From contig CAWAGQ010000008.1 of assembly GCA_963781585.1 (NCBI GenBank), forward strand, positions 320,001 to 384,000: a stretch of DNA of 64,000 nucleotides, in the 5' to 3' direction. Shown in pieces: positions 1-8,886 of the stretch. The DNA is from an uncultured Gemmatimonadaceae bacterium. GTDB taxonomy: Bacteria; Gemmatimonadota; Gemmatimonadetes; Gemmatimonadales; Gemmatimonadaceae. Positions within the stretch are counted from its first letter, which is position 1, and every line of letters begins with the position of its first letter. The translations under genes were made by a program, and so were the position numbers. Below the pieces are notes generated by a model. It was not told the DNA's origin and ran no database searches. It saw only the letters and a program-made list of their open reading frames with translations.

Positions 1-342
1 GATGTCGAAACCAGCGGCGTCGTGAAAGTAGACGGTGCCATCGAAGGCTCCATCCGCGGCGCGCGCCAAGTGCTGCTGGGACGGAGCGGCAGTATTCAAG
101 GCGACGTGCACGCCGAAGAGGCGATACTTGCCGGCAAGGTCGTCGGCACCGTGGCCGCTAGCGAGCGTGTCGAAGTCCAGAGCAGTTGTCGAATCGATGG
201 CGATATCTCGACACGCAGCATTGTGGTACTTGAAGGGGGCGTCATCAACGGCAATGTCAGAATGGATGAGTCCGTCAGCAGGCAAGCTAGCATTCCCGTT
301 GCTGTCTCCACACCGACACGCCAGATTTCCCTCAGCCAATAG
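1..342 (+). CDS. Bactofilin (polymer-forming cytoskeletal protein, CcmA/DUF583), 5'-truncated by window edge
   Basis: Frame open from base 1: DVETSGVVKVDGAIEGSI...IQGDVHAEEAILAGKVVGTV...RIDGDISTRSIVVLEGGVINGNVRM, a typical bactofilin beta-helix repeat. Confidence 0.9.
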   Translation, partial: DVETSGVVKVDGAIEGSIRGARQVLLGRSGSIQGDVHAEEAILAGKVVGTVAASERVEVQSSCRIDGDISTRSIVVLEGGVINGNVRMDESVSRQASIPVAVSTPTRQISLSQ

Positions 343-378
343 TTTTCCACGAGTGGAAAACATATGTTTTCCACTCGT
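342..378. promoter_or_regulatory. Nested perfect palindromes made of three TTTTCCAC units; candidate protein-binding site
   Basis: GTTTTCCAC-GA-GTGGAAAAC (342-361) overlaps a perfect 30-bp palindrome ACGAGTGGAAAACATATGTTTTCCACTCGT (349-378); -10-like TATCTT at 383-388. Confidence 0.5.
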
Positions 379-862
379 CGCCTATCTTCCGTTCATCGAG
401 ACGGATGCGGCGTACTGTTTGGCCTTCACGCAAACACGTTACGGGGCGTTTCCCTCCCGCTTCTCGACAGCTCCCCGATGGCTGCGCGGACTGGTGAAAC
501 CTATCCAGTCACGATGGCGCCCACCCCCACGACCCGTGTTGCGAAGGTCTTTGGGGTGAGCCGATCGCCTTACGAGTCGATGCTGCTGGCTTGTTCCGAA
601 CGGCGAGTCTTCCGACGGACTTGGCTCCGGTGTTCGCCCTATTCAAAGGGGGGATCTCAGACACTGGTTGCCCTTCGACTGTACCGGACACTATCGAGCA
701 CAAGCGGAATGGTGGACGATCTGATTCCCGCTCCTGCCGCGCTTCACTTACTCGTGCGCCATTGACGGGCGTTGACCCATTGGTGGACTCCGCTGCGCAC
801 ATTCCATCCAAGTGCGTCGCATGTGACCGCGCATCCACGATCTTCCCTATGGGCAATCGGCC

Positions 863-1639
863 ATGACGGTATCCGTTCGCGACATCACCACGTATCTCGA
901 CTCGCTTCTCAATACATTCTCTATTCCTGATTATCCTTTCGCGCTGAATGGGCTTCAGTGTGATCATCGTGGTCCAGTGCACCGCATCGCCGCGGCCGTG
1001 GACTTTTCTATTCGGACGGTGGAAGAGACGGCGCGTTGCGGTGCGAACCTGCTTCTTGTTCATCATGGCATGTTCTGGGGTGGCCTTGAGCCGCTGAGGG
1101 ATTCGGCCCTCGAGCGGCTTCGGCTGCTGCTTGCCCACGACGTCGCCGTTTACGCGTCTCACCTTCCCCTGGACGCGCACCACCAGCTGGGCAACAGTCT
1201 GCTGCTCGCGCATGCCCTCGGCCTCGTGCCTTCGAAGCCCTTCGCTCACTACCAGGGAGTTCCCATCGGCGTCGCCGGCCAAGCCGAGGTGATGACCGAG
1301 GAACTGGTTGGGCGCGCGGACCGGTTTGCCCACGAATGGGGGGGCAGTGCTCGCGCATCGTCGTGTGCAGCCGGCCGGCACACACGACTTTGGGGCATCT
1401 GCACCGGGGCCGGGGCGACGCCGGAGACGCTTCGGGAGGCCCGCGCGCTCGGTATGGACACACTTATCGTCGGGGAGGGTCCGCATCACACAGCGGTAGT
1501 AGCACCGGAGTGTGGTCTTGTGATCATCTATGCGGGCCACTATGCCACGGAAACCCTGGGCATTCGTGCGCTCGCCGAACGACTGTCGGCCCAATTCAAC
1601 CTGCCATCGGAGTTCATTCTCGCTCCGACCGGGCTGTGA
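863..1639 (+). CDS. Nif3-like dinuclear metal center protein (YbgI/NIF3)
   Basis: NGLQ, LLVHHG, SHLPLDAH, GEGPHH and AGHYATE motifs. Confidence 0.93.
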   Translation: MTVSVRDITTYLDSLLNTFSIPDYPFALNGLQCDHRGPVHRIAAAVDFSIRTVEETARCGANLLLVHHGMFWGGLEPLRDSALERLRLLLAHDVAVYASHLPLDAHHQLGNSLLLAHALGLVPSKPFAHYQGVPIGVAGQAEVMTEELVGRADRFAHEWGGSARASSCAAGRHTRLWGICTGAGATPETLREARALGMDTLIVGEGPHHTAVVAPECGLVIIYAGHYATETLGIRALAERLSAQFNLPSEFILAPTGL

Positions 1640-1770
1640 GCACTTCGCCGACATGACCGGGAACGAGAAGTGGCAACCCCGAGCGAATCGGAGCGCTGGT
1701 GCCACTGACGTCTCGACGCCGTACCATGCCGTGACTGGGAGGGCTCGCGTTAGCGATCCTTCTTCCATTC

Positions 1771-3009
1771 ATGCACGCCGCTGACGCTTTGAGGCGTCGA
1801 ACGTCGGTTGGAGACGCCGAGATTGCCAGGTCGCGTGCGCGCGCACAGTTAGGGGTTCTCTCGCTCGCGATGGTCTTGGGTATGGCGCCTTGGTTTGCAG
1901 CTACGGTCGTGGCGTCGGCGATGTCGCACGAGTTTTCTCTTTCGGAGGGCCTCCAAGCCTGGCTGACCCTCGCCGTCCAGCTGGGTTTCGTAGTGGGCTC
2001 GATCGTGAGCGCCGGATTGCTCCTGAGCGATCGGTTCAGCCCCCGTCGCTTAGCGGTGGTCTGCGCGACCCTGGCCAGCGCGGCGACTGTCCTGTTGACG
2101 TTACCCGATCTGGGCGGTTCCGCCGCGATCGTCCTTCGCATGATGACCGGAGCTGCTCTCGCTGGCGTCTATCCACCTGGAATCAAGATGGCGGCAGGAT
2201 GGACGCAGTCGCGCCGGGGCACTGCAATCGGGGTCCTCGTTGGCGCACTCACGTTAGGCACGGCCGCCCCACATCTCCTCCGCCTGGTGGCGAACCTCGA
2301 CCGCTGGCGACCAGTCCTGTACTGGGCCAGCATCAGTGCCCTCTTGAGCGCCTTCGTTTTCGCCGTTCTGGTGCGAGAGGGACCATTCCAGTCGCCCTCG
2401 GCGCCGTTTGATCCCCGTGCGCTAAGACGCGTGTTACGCGATCGTGGGGTTGCGCTTGCCACTGGCGGATACCTCGGTCACATGTGGGAGCTGTACGCCA
2501 TGTGGAGCACCCTGGGCGTTTTTCTGGCTGAGATGGTCCGTGTCCACGCCCGTCCCCCGCGATTCGCCCCACTGCTCGCGTTTGCGGTGATCGGACTCGG
2601 TGGTGCTACGGGAAGCGTTGCCGCGGGACTTTGCGCCGACCGTGTTGGCAAGTCGCGGGTCGCGATCGTCGCCATGGCGGTGAGCGGTATTTGCGCGCTC
2701 ACAGTCGGCCCTCTTGCCTTGGCTTCCTTCCGCGCGGGAGTGACGGTCGCCTTCATCTGGGGAGTAGCCATTGTGGCCGACTCGGCACAGTTCTCAGCGT
2801 GTGTCGCGGAGCTTGCGCCAAAGGAATACGTCGGAACCGCCGTGACCACGCAGACGGCGTTGGGGTTTCTGCTGACGATGTTGACGATTCACCTCGTTCC
2901 TGAATGGGCTGCCTCCTGGGGGTGGGGGTGGGCTTATGCGCCGCTCGCAATCGGGCCCGCCCTCGGCATCATGGCGATGCGGCAACTATGGGTGGATACG
3001 CGTGTCTAG
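1771..3009 (+). CDS. MFS transporter
   Basis: About 12 hydrophobic segments; LSDRFSPRR and ADRVGKSR MFS loop motifs; GHMWELYAMW; start uncertain. Confidence 0.88.
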   Translation: MHAADALRRRTSVGDAEIARSRARAQLGVLSLAMVLGMAPWFAATVVASAMSHEFSLSEGLQAWLTLAVQLGFVVGSIVSAGLLLSDRFSPRRLAVVCATLASAATVLLTLPDLGGSAAIVLRMMTGAALAGVYPPGIKMAAGWTQSRRGTAIGVLVGALTLGTAAPHLLRLVANLDRWRPVLYWASISALLSAFVFAVLVREGPFQSPSAPFDPRALRRVLRDRGVALATGGYLGHMWELYAMWSTLGVFLAEMVRVHARPPRFAPLLAFAVIGLGGATGSVAAGLCADRVGKSRVAIVAMAVSGICALTVGPLALASFRAGVTVAFIWGVAIVADSAQFSACVAELAPKEYVGTAVTTQTALGFLLTMLTIHLVPEWAASWGWGWAYAPLAIGPALGIMAMRQLWVDTRV

Positions 3010-3197
3010 CCACCTGCACCACTCATGTCCGCCCCCAAAGGAACGCGGTTAGTCTTCTATTCGCGCGCCCCGGGTTCGGCACTGACGTTTGCCGCAAGCG
3101 AAACTCGCCCAGGACCGAGGACGAAGCTGTGATTCGTCTTTACTGACCGCGCGCGAACAATGCTCAGTCGAGGCTCGATCGTTCAACAAACCACGTC

Positions 3198-4211
3198 TCA
3201 ACACCCGGCATACGCACTGCGCCAGCGTCGGAGCCAATGCAAGGGTGCTTCCCGCTCAAGCAGCTCGAGTCGGAATCCATCCCCGATCTCCCGACGAAGG
3301 AGCAGCGCCATCACTCCATTGTGAAAACGCACTACGCCCAACAGCTCTAGGGACTCCAGCTTTTCCTCGTATCCCACGGAACGTTCCGCATAGCTGACCG
3401 TCAAGGCGTGCTTCGGGTCATCCGGCCTGCTCTCGAGGACGAGTACCAGCTGCTCCTGAAGCGGGTTGGCCTCCTGGTTGACGACCCGTGCGACCTCGGC
3501 GAGCACACCGGTCTCGCCGTCAGCCATCCTGAACTGATTCGCCTGTCGCACGATGTACGACCGCCCGCGAAATACGCTCGCTGTATCTACGTCCGCAATA
3601 GACGCGGCACGTGCCAAGGCGATCGTGAGATCCAACGAGTCCGCGCCGGAAAGCGCGGGCAGAGAGTCGAACGGCAGGGCGGTCGCGCGGCCGTGCGGAA
3701 AGGCGATACTCCAAGGATGTACTAATGGCTGGGTGTCGCTGCGGCGCAATTCGGCGATCGGCCACGTGGCACAACCTGCCATCGTATCTGCGTGCACGGC
3801 AACGATGCGTGCGCCCCGGACGGAATCTCCGCGCAACAGCAGATCGAGTTCGGCGTCTATGATCTCTCCCGGTTCGAAGTGCAGGGTATCGAGGTGCGCT
3901 GGGGAGGAATAGACGGGGTTGACGAGGTATGCCATTGCCGGGTTGTCGCCCGCGATAGCGAAGAAAGGACCGCCGATCGTGTCCCAGACGGCCGCCAGCG
4001 TGACGCTTGGTATGGACATCCCGCGAGAAGGCGGCGTTCCCAATGCAGCCGTGGCTTTGCTGCTGGGGGGCTTCTCTCCAGAGCACGCGGCCAGCGTCAT
4101 TCCGACGACGGTCAATCCGGCAAGAGCACGGCAGACGTGTCTGGACATCGACATTGAATTTGCCCGGTTGGCGCAGTCCGTCAATCGACGGTTGCCGGAC
4201 TCGCTAGGCAC
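3198..4211 (-). CDS. Hypothetical lipoprotein
   Basis: Hydrophobic N-region with lipobox LAAC; true start probably downstream of the ORF start. Confidence 0.7.
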   Translation of the reverse strand: MPSESGNRRLTDCANRANSMSMSRHVCRALAGLTVVGMTLAACSGEKPPSSKATAALGTPPSRGMSIPSVTLAAVWDTIGGPFFAIAGDNPAMAYLVNPVYSSPAHLDTLHFEPGEIIDAELDLLLRGDSVRGARIVAVHADTMAGCATWPIAELRRSDTQPLVHPWSIAFPHGRATALPFDSLPALSGADSLDLTIALARAASIADVDTASVFRGRSYIVRQANQFRMADGETGVLAEVARVVNQEANPLQEQLVLVLESRPDDPKHALTVSYAERSVGYEEKLESLELLGVVRFHNGVMALLLRREIGDGFRLELLEREAPLHWLRRWRSAYAGC

Positions 4212-4318
4212 CTCTCCGACCCCCTAACACCAGTCGGGTTCGCGCGAGAGTTCGCGCGGTCGCTCCACCCAGAGACCTCGTTCGGTGCGACTCCCGGGCG
4301 GGCGCACCGGCTGGTCCC

Positions 4319-4654
4319 TTACCCGTCGTCGGGAAAGTAGGACTCGGCGCGCACCCGTTGTATCAGCACTGCATCCAGCGCCGCGCCAGCCAGGTCCCAA
4401 TGCCAAGCGGGGCGCTTGCATGCAGTTCGCGGATCTTTCAGAGGCTTGTACTGCAACCGGTCCGAAGGCAGGCCGTGCTGCATTCCGAACGCGAGGAGGC
4501 GCGCCCGGTCGGTCGACACGAGGTGCGCCATCGCCCGGCCATGCCAGACGTGACAATGCAGCCAGAGCCCGCCGTCCATTGCGTGGATCATACCGTCGCG
4601 GCGTCGCGCAAACTCGCCGATGACGGGCGTGCCATTCTCGATAGCGTCAGCCAT
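4319..4654 (-). CDS. Small hypothetical protein, DUF4031-like
   Basis: HLVSTD...LLAF...GLP..RLQ...HWDL resembles the DUF4031 pattern. Confidence 0.6.
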   Translation of the reverse strand: MADAIENGTPVIGEFARRRDGMIHAMDGGLWLHCHVWHGRAMAHLVSTDRARLLAFGMQHGLPSDRLQYKPLKDPRTACKRPAWHWDLAGAALDAVLIQRVRAESYFPDDG

Positions 4655-4678
4655 GGCCGCGAAATATGCGCGACCGGA

Positions 4679-5062
4679 CTACTGACAGACCATTAGTCCT
4701 TCGGAAGTCGCCGGTGCCAGAGGCGCGATGCTCCCGATAAACATGGCACACTCAATTGGGTACGCGAGCGGATGCGTAACCTTGGCGGACCAGCCGGCGG
4801 CGGAAGCGAGTCCGAATGTGACCGTTACACCGCTGCTCAGGTTGAAGTTGAGAGACGAAAGGTTGCTGGTATAGGAGCTCGTCTCATAGAAGTACGCCTC
4901 CTCCGCCGTGGCAAGGTTGCGCAGGTCGGAACGCAGAGACGCCGTATAGGCCTTTCCCTTGGTGTTCTGGAACTTGGGAATGGCGATCGCCGCTAGGAGG
5001 CCAATAATGACCACGACGATCAGCAGCTCTATGAGGGTGAATCCACGGCGAGAACGAGACAT
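4679..5062 (-). CDS. Type IV pilin (prepilin N-terminal cleavage/methylation domain)
   Basis: RRG|FTLIELLIVVVIIGLLAAIAIP class III signal peptide; C-terminal Cys pair. Confidence 0.93.
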   Translation of the reverse strand: MSRSRRGFTLIELLIVVVIIGLLAAIAIPKFQNTKGKAYTASLRSDLRNLATAEEAYFYETSSYTSNLSSLNFNLSSGVTVTFGLASAAGWSAKVTHPLAYPIECAMFIGSIAPLAPATSEGLMVCQ

Positions 5063-5293
5063 TTGGTGATCGCGAGATCTAGAAAGGGCACGTTTCGTGA
5101 CCTACCGACGCCTGATGAAAGGCGTGAGTCACTGCGCAATGCTAGGTGGCAACGCCGGGGCCGCCACGTCGAGAAATCACCAACTCCATGTGTCATCACG
5201 ACTTCCGACGGGAACTGTCCGCTTCGTGGATCGCCTCAGGTCACTCGTTTCGCGGGTGGTGCGGCACCTTGCAAGACCGTACCGCCTCGGATG

Positions 5294-8290
5294 TTACGCC
5301 TTTGCATCAAGCCAGTTCTTCCCATGCCCGATGTCCACAACCAGGGGAACTGAGAGTTCCGCTGCATGCTGCATCTCGTTCCGCACGATGGCTCGGAGGC
5401 TCTCACGCTCCCCGGGGGCGACATCGAACACAAGTTCATCGTGGACCTGCAGGATCATTCGGCTCAGCGTCCCCTGCTCATGAAGCACCCGGTGTATCCG
5501 AATCATGGCGACCTTGATGAGATCAGCTGCGGAACCTTGAATCGGTGCGTTGGTGGCGACACGCTCCCCAAATGCGCGCATGTTGAAATTGCGCTCCCGC
5601 AGCTCGGGCACGTATCGGCGGCGTTTGAGGATGGTCTCGACGAACCCGTGTTCCCGCGCGAAAGTGACTTGCGCATCCAGGTAGGCGCGGACCCCGCGGA
5701 AGCGCTCGAAGTAGGTGGTAATGAACGCCTTGGCTTCTGAGGATGGGATCCGAAGCTGGCGCGCCAGTGCGACGGCCCCTTGTCCGTATATCGTGGCGAA
5801 GTTGATCGTCTTCGCGCGAGCGCGCATCTCTGTGGTGACGTCCGCAGCCGGCACTCCGAAAATGATCGCGGCTGTCTGTTTATGAATGTCCCCTCCCGAC
5901 CAGAAGGCGTCGACGAAAGCCGGGTCATGGGAGAGGTGCGCGAGCAGGCGAAGCTCGATCTGCGAATAGTCGGCGACCAACAGTTCCCAGCCGTCTCGCG
6001 CGACGAACCCGCGGCGGATGTCGCGCCCCAGTTCCCGTCGGATCGGAATGTTCTGGAGGTTGGGATCGCTCGAGGACAGTCGTCCCGTTGCGGCCACGGT
6101 CTGATTGTATGAGGTGTGGAGTCGTTGATCGTCGGGATGGACCAGCGCCGGAAGGGTGTCGAGGTAAGTGGATTCGAGCTTTGCGAGCTCGCGGTACTCC
6201 ATCAGCAGCGACGGTAACACATGTCCCTCGTCCGCGAGCTCCCGGAGTACGCTGGCATCCGTTGACGGACCGCTGGCGGTCCGTTTGCGGGCGGGCAAAC
6301 CCAGCTTTTCAAAGAGTACGGTGCGCAGCTGCGGATTGGAGTTGATATTGAACTCTTCGCCTGCTGCGGCGTAGATCTCCCGCTCCACAACCTGACGCTC
6401 CCGTTGGAAGCGCTCTTTCAACGACCGAAACCACCGGAGGTCAATGGAGACGCCCGTCTCCTCCATGTCGGCCAACACGGAGATGAGAGGTATCTCGATG
6501 TCCGCGAACAGGGTGGTGAGACCATGCAATTCCAGCTGGGCTGAAAAGATGTCGCGCAGGCGAAGTGTGACATCCACACTTTCGCACGCGTAATCGCGCG
6601 CGGCTTCCACCGGTACGACGTCGAACGGGATTGCTTCCCGACCGCGACCGCAGAGGTCTTCGAACGACATCATCCGGTAGCTGAGAAACTCCTCCGCCAA
6701 AAGGTCGAGGCTATGCGAACGCCGACCCGGATCCAGCACGTAGCTGGCGAGCATCGTGTCGAAGGTCAGCCCCTGTACGGGCACGCCTGCTCGACGCAGG
6801 ATCAAGACATCATGCTTCGCGTTCTGCGCGCACTTTTCGACGCGAGGGTCCGCAAGCAGTTCGCGCAGCGGGCGCATAGCATCGCTCGTCAGTGCTGGCA
6901 GGTTCCGGGGAGCATACGCTTGTTCGGCCAGCATCCGAGCCGCTATTCCAGCTCCTTCGCGGCGGATCGGCTGGCGGCTGGATGGTCCGCGCAGACTCCG
7001 GCTCCTGACCTTGGCGGAAAAACCGACTCCCTCACCCTCACGCGTCACCACACCGGAAGGCGTTGCGTCCGGTTTTGCCAAGAGGTCACCCTGTTCAGCG
7101 TGCTGCTCGCGGTGAGCGAGCGGCAGGTAGTACGCTTCACCTGGAGACAGCGCGATGGATATGCCAACAAGGCGCGCCCGAAACGGATCTGTGGTTGTCG
7201 GACTCCCGGGGTCCGAAACCGATTCGGTGTCAAACGTCAGGCGTCCAATCTGACGTGCCCTTGCCACGAGCTCCAAGACTGCCATGACGTTGTCAGCCAC
7301 GTCATAGCGCGCCGTCGAGCGGGCCTGGGGAAGCTCCGCCCGACGGTCGAGGTCGCGCAGAAGGGTGGTGAACTCAAGTTCCAGAAACAGCCGACGGAGT
7401 TGGTCGGTGTCCGGTAGGCTAGCCTTGAATGAATCGAGATCTAGCGCGATGGGTACGTCCCGGCGAATCGTGACCAGTTCCTTCGAGAGCCGCGCCCGAT
7501 CCGGATAGGTGGCGAGTGCCTCCCGCGGTCTCTTCCCGGACAGTCCGGGCGCGGCATTCAGTATTGCCTCGAGTCCACCGTATTGTCGGACGAGTTCGCG
7601 AGCGGTCTTCTGGCCGATTCCCGGTACCCCTGGCACGTTGTCCGATGCGTCCCCGACGAGCGCCAAGTAGTCCGTGACATGCTCCGGAGGCACGCCCAAC
7701 CGATCGGACGCGTTCTGCTCCCCCACCCACTGCTCGTCGACGCCGGCCGGTCCGCCTCGCCCGGGATTGAGCAGCCAGACGCCTGCCGCGAGCAGCTGTT
7801 GGAAGTCCTTATCACCCGACACGATGACCGCGTGCAAGTGTCGCTGCTTCGCTTGGGCGGCTAGCGTGCCAATCACGTCGTCTGCCTCGTAACCGGGCAC
7901 GGTTACCAGGGGCACTCGGAATGCGGACAGTAGCTGCTCAATCCGGGCGACGCCCCGATCAAAGTCAGACTGGAGTTCCTCGCTGAGCTTCTGTCGCGTC
8001 GCCTTGTAGTCCGGAAACACCTCGTGACGAAACGAGAGACCGGAGTCGTTTATCCACGCGATGTAGTCGGGCTGATAGCGCTCCAGCACCCGTTGCAGAA
8101 AGTTGGCCACGCCCCACGCTGCAGACGTATTCTCGCCTTTGGCGGTCGTCAGCGGGCGTGAGAGCAGCGCGAAGAAGGCGCGGTAGATGAGCGCATACCC
8201 ATCGATGAGAAAGAACGTTGGATGTTCGGGCGGCGCGACCGCGGGTGCTTCGTCTGAGGACACAGGCCAGAGTTTATCAGAAGTGAACAC
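5294..8290 (-). CDS. polA: DNA polymerase I
   Basis: 5' nuclease (LIDGYALIYRAFF, EADDVIGTL), 3'-5' exo domain (FDTES), polymerase motifs DYSQIELR, AKTINFATIYG, LQVHDEL. Confidence 0.98.
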   Translation of the reverse strand: MFTSDKLWPVSSDEAPAVAPPEHPTFFLIDGYALIYRAFFALLSRPLTTAKGENTSAAWGVANFLQRVLERYQPDYIAWINDSGLSFRHEVFPDYKATRQKLSEELQSDFDRGVARIEQLLSAFRVPLVTVPGYEADDVIGTLAAQAKQRHLHAVIVSGDKDFQQLLAAGVWLLNPGRGGPAGVDEQWVGEQNASDRLGVPPEHVTDYLALVGDASDNVPGVPGIGQKTARELVRQYGGLEAILNAAPGLSGKRPREALATYPDRARLSKELVTIRRDVPIALDLDSFKASLPDTDQLRRLFLELEFTTLLRDLDRRAELPQARSTARYDVADNVMAVLELVARARQIGRLTFDTESVSDPGSPTTTDPFRARLVGISIALSPGEAYYLPLAHREQHAEQGDLLAKPDATPSGVVTREGEGVGFSAKVRSRSLRGPSSRQPIRREGAGIAARMLAEQAYAPRNLPALTSDAMRPLRELLADPRVEKCAQNAKHDVLILRRAGVPVQGLTFDTMLASYVLDPGRRSHSLDLLAEEFLSYRMMSFEDLCGRGREAIPFDVVPVEAARDYACESVDVTLRLRDIFSAQLELHGLTTLFADIEIPLISVLADMEETGVSIDLRWFRSLKERFQRERQVVEREIYAAAGEEFNINSNPQLRTVLFEKLGLPARKRTASGPSTDASVLRELADEGHVLPSLLMEYRELAKLESTYLDTLPALVHPDDQRLHTSYNQTVAATGRLSSSDPNLQNIPIRRELGRDIRRGFVARDGWELLVADYSQIELRLLAHLSHDPAFVDAFWSGGDIHKQTAAIIFGVPAADVTTEMRARAKTINFATIYGQGAVALARQLRIPSSEAKAFITTYFERFRGVRAYLDAQVTFAREHGFVETILKRRRYVPELRERNFNMRAFGERVATNAPIQGSAADLIKVAMIRIHRVLHEQGTLSRMILQVHDELVFDVAPGERESLRAIVRNEMQHAAELSVPLVVDIGHGKNWLDAKA

Positions 8291-8386
8291 GTAGATGATG
8301 CAGGGAAACTAGGGTTGCGGCAGCGGTGTTGGGGTCCCAATCTCCGCGCTCACCACCGCGTGTGGACCAACCGGCGCCGCGTCCCC

Positions 8387-8419
8387 AAAAAAACCCGCCT
8401 GCCAGCTGGCAGGCGGGTT
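8387..8419 (-). terminator. Rho-independent terminator of cspA
   Basis: Perfect inverted repeat AACCCGCCTGCCAG/CTGGCAGGCGGGTT with a T7 tract on the minus strand. Confidence 0.85.
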
Positions 8420-8459
8420 CCTTGTATGGCCGAGGAGACGCCTCGCGCCAAAACGAGGC

Positions 8460-8663
8460 CTAGGTGGCTCTAGTTACGTTCGTGGCGTGCAACCCCTTGG
8501 CACCTGTCTGGATTTCGAACTCTACCAGCTGGCCTTCGGCGAGAGTCTTGAAGCCATCCATCTGGATCGCGGAGAAATGAACGAAGACGTCCTCTCCGCC
8601 CTCCTGCTCGATGAAGCCGTACCCCTTGGCGTCATTGAACCACTTTACCTTCCCTCTGGCCAT
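8460..8663 (-). CDS. cspA: Cold-shock protein
   Basis: [18 protein letters not shown]...DVFVHFSAI (RNP1/RNP2); SD AGGAGG upstream of ATG 8663. Confidence 0.97.
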   Translation of the reverse strand: MARGKVKWFNDAKGYGFIEQEGGEDVFVHFSAIQMDGFKTLAEGQLVEFEIQTGAKGLHATNVTRAT

Positions 8664-8739
8664 GCAAGCTGCCTCCTGCAGGGTGGAGCGCTCCCGCACA
8701 AACCTGTTGCGGGGCAAACCGCGTTGGTTTGCGGCCCCT

Positions 8740-8768
8740 TATATAGGCGTGCCCGGAGGGACTGTCAA
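8740..8768 (-). promoter_or_regulatory. Sigma-70 promoter of cspA
   Basis: Minus strand TTGACA-17 nt-TATATA. Confidence 0.7.
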
Positions 8769-8886
8769 GAGAAGGTGTTACGGCACAACACGATACCTCG
8801 CTGTCGCGCGGGTGACAGGCGTCCGGTTCCTATACGTGGGAATCCTGGCGATCGATGCTACCGGGCGTGATCCAGGGCACAGACTG

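Noticed and set aside
509..1768. Long antisense ORFs here and elsewhere (e.g. 54025-55518, 35311-36360)
   Set aside because: Typical shadow ORFs of GC-rich genes, with no motifs.
5108..5126. CTGATGA hammerhead-like core
   Set aside because: No stem II between CTGATGA and GAAA; just a small hairpin.
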